A stretch of 64,000 bases of DNA, taken from assembly GCA_964252035.1 (NCBI GenBank), contig OZ176208.1; one strand, written 5' to 3'. The first letter of the stretch is position 1; each line of letters starts with the position of its first letter. The stretch comes from Podarcis erhardii (taxonomy: Eukaryota). This document shows, piece by piece, positions 38,005-49,547 of this stretch. The notes under the pieces are model-generated. The model was given only the letters and a program-made list of their open reading frames with translations. It was not told the DNA's origin and searched no databases. A program made the translations under genes and the position numbers.

Positions 38005-41000
38005 AGTCAAAGGCTTGAGACCTAATAATTCTCTTAAGTCTCGAAATTTAGGAGCATCCAAACATTTTGTATACAAATCTGCCACATTACATTTTGTGTT
38101 ACAGTGCTGTACCTTTAACACATTTCTTTCCAAAGCATTTTTCACATTTCCGTATCTTATAGCAATATGTTTACTCTTGCTTTTAAAGTTCTGTTGGTTG
38201 GCAAGCTGTTGTGCAGCCATGTTGTCACTTAGCACAGTGATTGGCATTTCAGAAGGTATTCCAAGTTCCTTTGTTAGACAAGCAAACCACTCTATTTGTG
38301 ATACACATTCGCTTATGGCTGAGTACTCTGCTTCACAAGTACTTGTGGCAACAAATGTTTGTTTCTGGGATTTCCACTGAACCAGGGCATTTCCAATATA
38401 TATGGCATAGCCAGTGGTAGACTTTCCATTTTCTCTGTCCCCCCAGCTGGCATCAGCGTATGCATACACTTGCTGATCATATCCTGTATCCAGCACCAGT
38501 TTGTAATCTTTTGTGCCTTTCAGATACCTTAGGATTCTTTTAAGTGCTACCCAATCTCTCTGAGCCGGGTCTGCACTTCTTTGGCTTAACATGTGCACTG
38601 CCAATGTTATGTCGGGTCTTGTCCAACAACTTAAATATAACAGAGAACCCAACAGAGAATGAAACGCTGTTGCATTCTCACATTTTTGCCCTTCTGGTTC
38701 ATTTTTGTACTGGGTAGTTATGGGAGTGTCAACCTCATTTGCTCTCTCCATTCCATATGTCTTCAGCAACTTTTCAATTTTTTCCTTCTGACTCAGAGAG
38801 TAGACGCCCTCTTCATTTCTCTGAACCTCTACTCCTAAGTAATTCTGAATCTCTCCCAAATACTTCAGTTTGTATTTGTTACCTAGGCTGTTTATAAACC
38901 AAGACACTTGCTTTTGTGCAGTTGTTATTAGACAGATATCGTCAACATACAAAAGTAAATAACAAACACTTCCTTGCACCATTGCTGAATATAAACAGGA
39001 ATCAGCCAGGCTTTGTTTGAATCCCATCTTTTTCAAAGTTGTGTCTATGCATTCATGCCATAGACGTGCACTTTGGTGCAACCCGTATAGTGCCCTTTGC
39101 AGCTTTAACACCATTGCTGTCTTTTTCCAGCTCATAACCAGGTATTTGTTGTAAATACACCTCGGCATCAATAGGAGCATTTAAATATGCTGAGGCAACA
39201 TCAAAATGATTAACTTTTAACCCTCTCAGACTTGCCATTGCTAAAACTGATTTTACTGTTTCAGCCTTTGCTGTTGGGGCAAACACTTCATCATAATGTA
39301 TCATTTTCCTTTGTGTAAAGCCCCTTGCAACCAACCTGGCTTTCCTCTGCCAACTACCATCAGCCAGCTTTTTCACTTTAAAAACCCACTTACAGCTTAT
39401 GGGCTTTTTACCTTCAGGCAATTCTGTAGGTACAAAGACATTGTTGTTTAGCAGAGAGTTATACTATGCCTGCATTGCCTTTAACCACGCCTCTTTCTCT
39501 AGAGTAGGTAACTCTTGCACTTCTTCAAAATTTTCTGGCTCAGTTACACAAACCTGGTTTATGGTGGCTGGGAACCCATAACGGTCTGGAGGTTGACCTT
39601 TATTACTTCTTGCAGACCTCCTTGGTTCATTAATCTCACCCCCTGGGCTACCTTCAGGACTGCTTTTGGGGTGGATTGACTCTGGAGATCTACCTCCTCC
39701 TGTCCCTGTTGCACTTTCTTCTCTCCCCTGCTCCATGCTAGCAGCTGGAGAAAAATGCTCAACCTTTACCTCCTCCCTTTCAGTTTCTCTGGGAGAGCTG
39801 CCAATTCTTAGCTTTGTTTCAACTGCCTTATCAGGTACGCTTGGCAGTAAAACTCTTTCTGGCAGCAGGTTTGCATGTATCTTGGGCCAATTTCTTTGCT
39901 CATTAAAGCTGGCTGATCGACTATAACTCAAAAGATTTTTATCATCTTCAAACCTATAGGCTTTCGTACCACTTTCATACCCAAGAAATAGCAACTGCTG
40001 TGCCCTTTTTCCACCTTTTCTTCGGTTCTTTACAGGTATGTCAACCCATGCCTTTGTCCCAAAGATTCTCAAATGTTGCAAACTGGGACTTTTGTTATAG
40101 AGAATCTTATAGGGTATGTAATCTAGTACCCTTGACCACAAGCGATTCCCAATATAATTTGCGGTCTTAATACTCTCAGCCCAGTATTTAATTGGAAGAT
40201 TTGCATCTGCTAACAATGCTTTCATTTGTGTCTGCAAGACACCTCCCCTACGCTCTGCTACCCTGTTCTCCTGAGGCGTCGCCACATTGGTAAGCCTATG
40301 TTTAATCCCTTGGGAACGCAACCAGTTTCTTAGGGAGCTTGCCATAAACTCTCCTCCCCTGTCTGTCTGAATAGAGCACACCTTTTCGCCAAGTTGCCTT
40401 TCTACCCTTCTTACCCAGAACTTCAAAGTTTGGGCAACGTCAGACTTTTGCTTTAATGGATAGACCCAGCCAAATCTAGAATAGTCATCCACTAGGATCA
40501 AACAGTACTTGTTATGGGAGACACTTGGTGGAAAAGGACCAGTTATATCAGCATGAATCAATTCCAGTGGTTTTTTGGTTTCTCTCTGGCTTGCTCTTGC
40601 TACTGGGCAAGCCCTGCTTTTAACCTCCTTGCAGATATTACAGTCTAAGTAATTATCACAACTTTTAATGTTTTTCATTCCCCCACACAACTCCAATGTT
40701 TTGTTTAGCACCTTATAGCTAGCATGAGCCAGTCGCCTGTGCAGGAGATGAATACACATATCATGGGTTGGGACATTTTGCACATTCGCAACCTTAGACT
40801 CACACTGCAGTACATACATATTAGTTCTAAGGTTAGCATTTGCCAGCACTGCCCCATTTTGCTTTATCTGGCACTGATCTCCCACAAAGTTTACCTCAAA
40901 GCCTGCTTTTGCCAAGTCAGGAATGCTCAGGAGATTGTTTTGCAAACTAGGCACACACAACACATTCCTGAATGTGTGTCCCAGTTGTGGGAACACAACC

Positions 41001-41995
41001 TCCCCCTCACAAACCACATTAGCTTTCTGGCCTGTAGCAAGACTTACGTGTTTTTTGTTTGAAGCCCTAGCATCAGTTAGCAATCCTTTTCTTTTACAAA
41101 AGGTTTGAGAAGCTCCACTGTCCAGAACCCACAGCTCTTCATTTTCTTGACCATCTGCAGACACCCAAGCAGTAGACTCTCTCTGCTGCCTCCTGTGCTT
41201 CTGCTGTTTTTGTTGTTTTCTCGGGCAGTCCCGCAGCAGATGTCCACTGGACTTGCAGCAAAAACACCTTTTTACTTTGTTGACCACCGGCTGGTCTGCA
41301 GCAGCTCCTCCTGGCTGTTTCTCCGGCTCCTGACACCTCTGCTCTTCCCGGCTGTTGTTCCCTCTGGGATGCTCCAACAGCTGGGCTGAGGTCATCTTTC
41401 GCTCTGCACGCCTGTCCTCCTCTGCATACAACCGTCCGGTAACGTATTCCAGAGTCAGCTTATCAGTCTCTACCGACTCAAGGGAATTGACCAGCATATC
41501 ATAGCTGTCATCAAGGGAACTCAGGACTATAAAGACTTTGTCCTCTTCCCCCACAGGCCTCCCTCTTAAGGCTAGCTCCTGGAAACAGCCTGTTAGGAAT
41601 TTTAGGTGGTTCACCAGGGAGTCCCCCGGTTTCTTCCGACACCGGTACAGTCTCCTGGTCAGTGTTATCAGTGAGCCAGCTGTCTCTCGCACATGGACAG
41701 CCTTGAGCGCATTCCACGCCTCACTTACCGTCACCTTATCAGCTACGTAGACTAGCTGGCTGTCGTCCACTCCAAGGATGATCGTAGCCAAAGCTTTCTC
41801 ATCCTTTTCAAGCTGGGCCTCTGCTAGTGCCAGCTTTTCATCGTCGTCCTCATCCTCCTCAGGGGGCTGCGGTGGAGTTTCCACCACCTTCCACAGGCCC
41901 TCACGCTTGAGGAAGTGTTGCATGCGGACCGACCAGATGCTGTAGTTCGTGGCCGTCAGCTTCTCCAGCAACACGCCACTTCTGGACTGCTCCAT
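38002..41995 (-). pseudogene. gag-pol: Copia gag-pol polyprotein (~1330 aa if repaired), one nonsense codon and one frameshift
   Basis: Zinc knuckle CFCCKSSGHLLRDC; protease WVLDSGAS; integrase HRRLAH, CNIC, IHADITGP, VDDYSRF, TDRGGEF, VAER; RT CKWVFK, KARLVARGF, LYGLHQSARLW, YVDD; RNase H YADASW, STCEAEY, SDNMAA, ADLYTK. TAG at 39464-39466; frameshift near the T5 run at 39122-39126. Confidence 0.95.
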
Positions 41996-42048
41996 CCCTG
42001 CAGCTCACCTCCAGCACCCACGGCTAGATAACTGCCACCTGTACTCTT

Positions 42049-42079
42049 GCGCAGCGGAAGCGTGCTGGGCCCATAACCC
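42049..42079 (-). promoter_or_regulatory. Primer-binding site complementary to the 5' half of initiator tRNA-Met
   Basis: Element strand reads GGGTTATGGGCCCAGCACGCTTCCGCTGCGC directly after the 5' LTR; contains the copia-type GGTTATGGGCCCAG core. Confidence 0.93.
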
Positions 42080-42418
42080 TGTCGCGTATTCCACGCGGCG
42101 CTTTCAGCAGAGACGCTAAGAGTTCCAGGTTTTCCAGTGCAGTCTTTTTAATGTGAGTTATATACAGGCATTTACAAAAGAAACAGTCCATACAGAGTAC
42201 TTACAAACGAATACTCTCCACCACAGCACCACCACACTATAGCACAACCACCACAGCAACCACCACCCACTGTTAAACAGGCTTTCCTTTTTAAAACAGG
42301 TGATAGCTGATCCCACTAATCACACTCCTGCTGAGTCACTCTGACTCAGCACTTCACAGAGTATTGCATCATCCTGTTGAAGCCTGCAGACTTATTCAGT
42401 ATCCTGCAAATCCCAACA
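42080..42418 (-). repeat. Copia 5' LTR
   Basis: Paired with 37656-37994; candidate TATA-like TTTTAAAAA and ATTAAA polyadenylation signal on minus. Confidence 0.98.
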
Positions 42419-42626
42419 GTTTCATGGATACAATGGGCTGGTTTGGCTATAATGCTAGACCATAGCTTATAAGATATATTGCTAAACCATAGTTATATGC
42501 ATGAGCTTGCTCCCCTGCCCCCCTTCTCCAGCATGGCCACAAAGAGGGGATTCAAAAGCCAGAAACTGTGGCTCGTTTTAACTCTGGTTTATCAAACCTG
42601 CCAAGATCAGGAGCCACAATTTAATC

Positions 42627-42778
42627 CATAGAGTCACAGAATGATAGAGTTGAAATGGATGGTGAGGATCATCTAGTCCAACTCCCTGCAATACAGGAAT
42701 ATGCAGCTGCCCCATCAGGGGATCAAACCTGTGTCGTTGGTGTTCTCAGCACCATGCTCTAACCAACTAAGCTATACA
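42627..42778 (-). mobile_element. tRNA-derived SINE with CR1-type 3' tail (Squam2-like, tentative)
   Basis: Minus strand TAGCTTAGTTGGTTAGAGCATGGTGCTG..GGTTTGATCCCC, then GGACTAGATGATCC..CAACTCTATCATTCTGTGACTCTATG tail. Confidence 0.7.
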
Positions 42779-43567
42779 GCAACATGGTTAAACTAATGAC
42801 CATTTGTCCTGATTTTAAAACAGTACACTGAGGTTAGCCCCCAATACAACTGCATGCTGTGTGACCACACAAGACAAGGAGTGGGAGGAAGGAAAAACTT
42901 GTTCATATAGCACCAAACTGTGGTTTGGTGTTGCATTCAAATGTCCACAGTGATGCACCTTTGTCCTGTATCCTACTGTACCAATTCAGAACACCAATGA
43001 TCCATAATTTGCATATTTAGGAGGAGGAAAGTGAGCAATCTTCATTTTAACTGCTGCTTCTCCACGTGGCTTAACATAATCAACATATAGAAAAGTTATG
43101 CCTAATCATTACTGGGGAAAATAACAAGTCCTCAAAGCAGAAAGCACCTCATTAAAGAAATACTTTCCGGGGGGTGGGTTGTGCTATCATCTCCATGTAA
43201 GCAAGATCTCCTTCTAACCCAGAACTGGATGGATTGCTTCCACTAGTGTTGTCTCTACCTCTTTTACAACGGTTTGTGGATGATCTATGCAATGTGTCTC
43301 ACTCAAAATACCTTCAATGGTGTTGGGAGTAAAACAACAATTGAGCTACCTGAAACAGTGAGTGGTGATAGACAGAACAGCAACCTGTTTTTCCTCCTTG
43401 CTAATTCCTCCATAACTATTTGTTGATTACTAGATTCTTTACACAGGCTTTACTTCCTTCCTGCTTTTGCTCCAAGATTAGTCAGCATGAGCTAACATGT
43501 GATAGTGTTAACATCTTGGCTCCATGTTGGCCACATGTAAAACCTACACTTAAAATGGCTTTTGTGT

Positions 43568-43655
43568 ATCTGAAGAAGTGTGCATGCACACGAAAGCTCA
43601 TACCAAGAACTGACTTAGTTGGTCTTTAAGGTGCTACTGGAAGGAATTTGTTTTG
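43568..43655 (+). mobile_element. Penelope-like element terminal fragment
   Basis: TCTGAAGAAGTGTGCATGCACACGAAAGCTCATACC..TTAGTTGGTCTTTAAGGTGCTAC resembles recalled vertebrate Penelope ends. Confidence 0.5.
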
Positions 43656-44850
43656 TTTTAAAATGGCTTTGTTTGTCATGAGTAATAATCCTTAAGTTTT
43701 CCTTATACTATCAAGCAGGAGTCTTAACAAGCTATTTCTTTCTGCATAGAGCTTCAATGTGTGTACCAAACTCTGACAAACCCTATTCCAAAATGCTCAG
43801 AGTGACAATATTCCTGTCAGGGAGCTTAGGAAGAGACTGGCCCAAGGTCATATTGTGATCTTCAACAATTAGCAGGGATTTCTTCCTAGTCCTAGTCTGA
43901 TATGCCATCCACCATATCCCAAAGGCTCTTACCTGCTTTTTATAGCATCCTTCCTGGGGGTTGGGGTGTCCGTGTGTATAGGATATGCAGCAGTCTAATA
44001 TAGTAGATGCACCCAAATACTACTGTCACATCTCTTGAAATATTTCCAGGGGCTAGTTGCTCCAGATATATGACACTGCATTTGAAGCATTGTTTTGAGA
44101 CAAGGCACAACTGTTAAATGAAAATGATTATGATGATGTACATGAACCTTAATAGCAAGAAGAATGGATTTCTTTTTTCACTTGCACATTCTAAATGAAG
44201 GTCACCTTAGTGTTAAACTATGTGATTTTATTGCTCTGTTAAACATTATTTGTAGAATAATATAATAAATCATGCCAGAGGCATCCTATAAATGACGCTG
44301 ATAATTCCCCAAACGATAAAATCAAAATGTTCTGAAAATTATGTGATTTATTTTCCCATCTCACTGTTGAAGGAACAAGCCACCAATCTTCCACCACTGA
44401 AGCACAAATGAAGAAGTGTGCATCTTATAAATGTTCAATTAATTTTCGGTTAGTTAGCTTTCACTTTCTATACTTAATCTTCTTAATGTCGGCATATTTA
44501 AAAACCTGCAGTAGTGGAGAAAGATACAAGAAACGAAATAGTATCCTTTCAGAATGCTTTTTATCATGCCTCCCTTATTGGAAAACCCAACAAATATTAA
44601 CAACACTGACAATAGTAATTTTGCAGTGGCTAGGAGAAAAGTCCACTCCTAGACACGTGTACAAGATAAGATCATCACAGTTATTAAAAGAATTCACCTA
44701 GAGTGAATGTGATTTATATATTTCTCCAATTGCTAAATGGAGTGGTATGTTAGAGGAATTTAAATGAACAAAACTTCATCATGGCAAAAACAAAATGCAT
44801 GTTTCTATGGAATGGAAAAAAGATATTTGAGCCTCTTTAAAATAGTTACA

Positions 44851-45212
44851 GGGACGTGGGTGGCGCTGTGGGTAAAACCTCAGCGCCTAGGACTTGCCGA
44901 TCGCATGGTCGGCGGTTCGAATCCCCACGGCGGGGTGCGCTACCGTCGTTCGGTCCCAGCGCCTGCCAACCTAGCAGTTCGAAAGCACCCCCGGGTGCAA
45001 GTAGATAAATAGGGACTGCTTACCAGCGGGAAGGTAAACGGCGTTCCGTGCGCTGCGCTGGCTTGCCAGATGCAGCTTGTCACGCTGGCCACGTGACCCG
45101 GAAGTGTCTGCGGACAGCGCTGGGACAGCCGGCCTCTAGAGTGAGATGAGCGCACAACCCTAGAGTCTGTCAAGACTGGCCCGCATGGGCAGGGGTACCT
45201 TTACCTTTACCT
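44851..45212 (+). mobile_element. Sauria SINE, full length, divergent subfamily
   Basis: Head GGGACGTGGGTGGCGCTG, tail ACCTTTACCTTTACCT; 12-bp TSD AAAATAGTTACA at 44839-44850 and 45213-45224. Confidence 0.93.
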
Positions 45213-45496
45213 AAAATAGTTACACCATTAAATATTTTTAGCATGGTGCTTTGAGGCACAGCTGCACCATGTTAGAATTATGGCTGTTAATTTTGCCTGC
45301 TACAATCTAATCAGCTCCTAAACCAAATAGTGATAAAAAAAGATGAGGTCTGTTTCATACATGGAAGCATACTGCTTTGGGCTTGCATGCTCTCCTCCCC
45401 TCTCCTTATCTAGTGCAGATGCAGCCATGAGGAGATCAGAAGCTTCCACTTCCATCTTAGATTAACCATGGTTTAGCATTACTTCATAACCCTAAA

Positions 45497-45741
45497 GGTA
45501 AAGGGTAAAGGGACCCCTGACCGTTAGGTCCAGTCATGGATGACTCTGGGGTTGCGGCGCTCATCTCGCTTTATTGGCTGAGGGAGCCGGCATATAGCTT
45601 CTGGGTCATGTGGCCAGCATGACTAAGCCGCTTCTGGCGAACCAGAGCAGCGCACTGAAATGCCATTTACCTTCCCGCTGGAGCGGTACCTATTTCTCTA
45701 CTTGCACTTTGACGTGCTTTCGAACTGCTAGGTTGGCAGGA
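45497..45741 (-). mobile_element. Sauria SINE, 5'-truncated
   Basis: 16-bp TSD ACTTCATAACCCTAAA at 45481-45496 and 45742-45757; tRNA head missing. Confidence 0.93.
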
Positions 45742-46074
45742 ACTTCATAACCCTAAATGGTGGTAAATCTTACCTTTGTTTTGTTGAAACACACCAGCTT
45801 CTTAAATTATGGTTTGAAGTTGGCTTGCTTCAACACATCATAGTTAAGGCTGGTCAGTTTGTTGGGTTCATATGACACAATAAGCTATGGTTAAATTAAA
45901 ACATAAGGAAATGTTTCTGAACTCTTTCGCATGGCTAATGTGTGGCTATGAAGCACAGCAACAAGAAACATTGTCCTCTGAGACATAAGCCACATGGTGA
46001 GGCTGTCAATGAATACTAGTCATAATGGCCAGGTTTTCTCTTTACTGTCAGAAGCAGCATGCCTCCAAATAACA

Positions 46075-46220
46075 GTTGCTAGAAACCACAGAGGGGCCAA
46101 TGTTGTTGCACTTAGGTCATTCTTGTGGGCTTTCCATTTGCATCTACTTGGCTGCTGTAAGTACAGGATGCTGAATTAGGCCTTTTGCCTTGATCCAGCA
46201 GAGCTGTTCTTCTGTTCTTA
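46075..46220 (+). mobile_element. CR1 3' UTR fragment
   Basis: GGATGCTGAATTAGGCC..TGATCCAGCAGAGCTGTTCTTCTGTTCTTA; similar to 19391-19572. Confidence 0.5.
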
Positions 46221-47167
46221 CTAATTCATATTTTGCTTGTGGAAGCAACACAAACATGATGGTTGTGATCAATTAATTGTTTATACTAGGGAGAAAATAT
46301 TGGTATAGCTGGTAACCAGCAACCATATTGCTTACACCATCCTGTTCTTAGCCAGAGGCAATGAGGTTTGTGCTGGTGAAAATGGTATCGCTGGATTCCA
46401 ATACTGGGTTCCATAAATTAACTTGCTGGATTTCTATCTTCCCCTTCCAAGTGTGCATCTATGTTTGTTTGTCAGGTTTTACATCGCATTGTAAACGATT
46501 GTGTAATTATGTGGCACTGTGTGCCTTGGTTTCTTTTCTTCACAAGGCAAAGTTGCCAAGCCTGTAGCATTGGAAGCATCACGCCAAGTTTGCAAAGTTA
46601 TAAGTGAATCCCAACACCTGTTCTCCCAAAGAATTCAGAAGTGTTAATCTTATGTGAAAAGACACTTTTTGGAAGCAAAACCCATACAGAGAATAAATTA
46701 GCAGATTTTCAGTATAAACCATCACAAAGCTGTTCATCGTCTTCACTCTGCTCAGATGATTAGGCCCTAGTATCAAGCAGCCATAAAAATAAATGGTGAT
46801 TATAAAAACATAAATTATTTTAGGGATGTGAACTGTAGGCTGTGATCCAGAGGTTCCTATGCCAAACTCAGCATGTAAATAAGGCCCTTAGGGTATTATT
46901 TCTCTTAACACTGCACAACCTTTGACAGCTCAGGGGAGTTTCAAAAGTAGGGTGTGCTTTTTACAAGCCCAACTAAAGAAGCAATCCTATACATATCTAC
47001 TGAGAAATAAGTTCCAATGGATACAGTAGGACCTACTCCTAGGTAAATGTGTACACTTTTGCAACCCAAACATGAAACCTATGGACTCTGGATCTTCTAA
47101 CTAGACCCTGAACTAAAATGAAATTTAGATCCTTACTATGTAAAGCATTTAGAGATTTTACGTAAGA

Positions 47168-47218
47168 GAAGAAGAAGAAGAAGAAGAAGAAGAAGAAGAA
47201 GAAGAAGAAGACGACGAC
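47168..47218. repeat. (GAA)n(GAC)n compound microsatellite
   Basis: Direct read. Confidence 0.97.
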
Positions 47219-48736
47219 AAATGTCATCAAATGAATAAATAATTAAAAACTGGGAGAAATAACTCAACTTGGGCTAAGGCTCAACTTCATTGTTCTGATC
47301 ATGCAAATGAGCTTGCACTGTTGCAATAATCTCTGTCGGATAAGAAGCTCTATAAATCCCCCCAATGTGACCAAAGCAATGGAAAGAAGATGTGACACAA
47401 GGTGAAGTGGGTTTAAACATAGAGCACTTTTATTCAAATTATAACTGAGGATCTGTTAGATGACACTCTGTGCAAAGCACCTAGTAAAATGTCAATCTGG
47501 GCAAACCCTAACCTTGCTCTGAAGAAAGGGGGGCACCTTCTCCATCCCTCCCTCTTACGCCCCACGCATTTGGGTGAGCAGAGAGGCCTTCCTGACCCAT
47601 CCCCTCCATGCCAGGGGCCTCACAAATTGGCTCCAAAAGCGATCCTTACTATATCAACAGGCAACTCTTAGGACTCACATTTCACCCCAAAGGCACCCAA
47701 GGGTGCTCACTTAAACCTACCCTTCCTGTTGGATTCCCACACATACCTGCCAAAATGTGGCCGAATTGACCTATTTAACAACAACCCTCACTAATGAAAC
47801 CAACAACTGAACAGAAACTGTGCAGAGTAGGTGGAGAAAAACTAAAAAAAAAATCTGTGACACACTGCTTAGCAGGCAGAAAATTCTTACTCAGCTCCTA
47901 AGGCGACTGGTTTAGAAATCTACTGCTGTTATGCATTTGTGCACAATGTGTCTGTCTCAAGCTTATTTCACAGTGCTCTTTTCCACATTTTGGACACTGG
48001 TGACTGGACACAATCCCAGCCTTGTGTGCTAAAGGATCTACTCTTCAGCCTCAAGCCATAGCTGTATAGCTATGCTTTATTATGAGTGTAAAGTGTTTAG
48101 CATCCTGCGAAATCTGATGTAATAACTTAGCGGCTTTTGTGGCAGGTGATGCATAGCAAAGCATCGTGCCAGTTGTGAGTACATCTTTTTGCCGTTTAAA
48201 GTATAGCGGGTGCTTTTGCAGCTGAAGTTGATCCATAGGATTAGGCTGCCTGAAATACAGTCACGAGGTGGATAAGATATGATTTACAAACTATAAAACT
48301 ATGTTAAAGTTGTGATACAATGTCATGATGTTTGATCAGCTGAAGGCAGATCATTGCTAATAACGTGTCTGAGTTTTCTTTTGAAATGATTACACTGTGG
48401 CAGCTAGGCAGAACCTCTAACCTTGTTCTGCACCTTTCTAACAGAATTTCCAGGCAGATTGACTACAGTAATTTATAGTGCATACAATTGCAACCTTCAT
48501 CTGTGGGGGAAAGTATTTGGAGTTTGACGTGAAGGGTGGGGAAAATGTGACAGCAAGGAAAGGCAATTTTATTTTCCTTTCATAATGGCAAGATAAGCTT
48601 GGAAGCAAACTGATTATGCATATAGGTCCCTTTTCATTGTTTTTTTCAAATGTTACAAACATGTGAGAGTAAGCTAAGGTAAAACCAAATGTTCATTTGC
48701 TGCTGGCCATAAGGTTCACTTGAAATAAGTCTAGAC

Positions 48737-48958
48737 CAGTGGTTCCCAACCTTCTTTCGACCATGCCCCACCTAAGAATCTCTAAAATCCTGATGCCCCC
48801 CTGTGACATATAATTCTTATTATTCAAAAGGTGAACTCCTATTCATGTGGAGGAAGCCTAAAAGGCCATTAACTTAGTCTAAACAAACTTCCAAATTGCC
48901 CACCTTAAAAATCAAATTGCCTCCCTGTGGAGCATGTGCCTCACGTTGGGAACCACGG
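48737..48958. mobile_element. hAT (Charlie/Buster-like) MITE
   Basis: TIR CAGTGGTTCCCAAC (13/14 match); 8-bp TSD GTCTAGAC/GTCTAAAC. Confidence 0.85.
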
Positions 48959-49547
48959 GTCTAAACCATTCTGGTGTAGAAAAATGGCTAGTGAGAGATA
49001 ATGTGATAGAAGTACCTAGAGGAGGTGGAGAGGACAGAGACTGAAGGAAGACCTGTGAGTGGAGGCAGGCCTTTTCCCCATCCTTTGTACACTCTGGGAA
49101 ACTCAACAAACCTTCTGTACTTGTAACTGGGTGTGGAGAGTTCAGCTGAATGGAACACAGCATGAGGACATACCACCCACCCCTGCCTATAACAAGCAAG
49201 TCTAGAGTGAGAGACGTGGATGCTATCTGCTGTTTCCAGGAACTCTTCTCGTTGTGAGATTTTTGTGGGTGAGCTGAGAGTTTGTTTGGACCCTGCGTGA
49301 GAACCCAGAGGCTGAGAGGGAGGGTGTGCCAGAAGGAAAATAATTGATTTTTAGATATTAGTAACTTTACATTTATGTAGCAGTGGTGTATTTTTATAAT
49401 ATTTTGTTTAAGTCATCTGCTGTTGCTCCAGTTTTCTGCACAACCACTTAGAGATAGTTTTAATATATTAGGCAGTATAGAAATTAAATAATCAATGATG
49501 TTTATAAAATTATGCCTGGGGTGCAGAAAGAAGACAGAGGAAAGTTA

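Larger units (their letters stand above)
37656..42418 (-). mobile_element. Full-length Ty1/Copia LTR retrotransposon, 4763 bp
   Basis: Two 339-bp TG...CA LTRs differing at 2 positions; 5-bp TSD GTTTC (37651-37655, 42419-42423); domain order Gag-PR-IN-RT-RH; PBS and PPT present. Confidence 0.98.

Noticed and set aside
38015-38380. Plus-strand ORFs opposite Copia pol (also 40724-41062, 41105-41389) and opposite CR1 ORF1 (1784-2113)
   Set aside because: These are antisense shadows of real reading frames, with no independent motifs.
39464-39466. In-frame TAG between integrase and RT as programmed readthrough
   Set aside because: It replaces the conserved Glu of the W..AM..E..SL motif by one G>T change, and Copia elements do not normally place a readthrough site here.
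47370-49450. LTR/ERV-like stretches near 47370-47800 and 48990-49450
   Set aside because: No definable termini, TSD or coding motifs.
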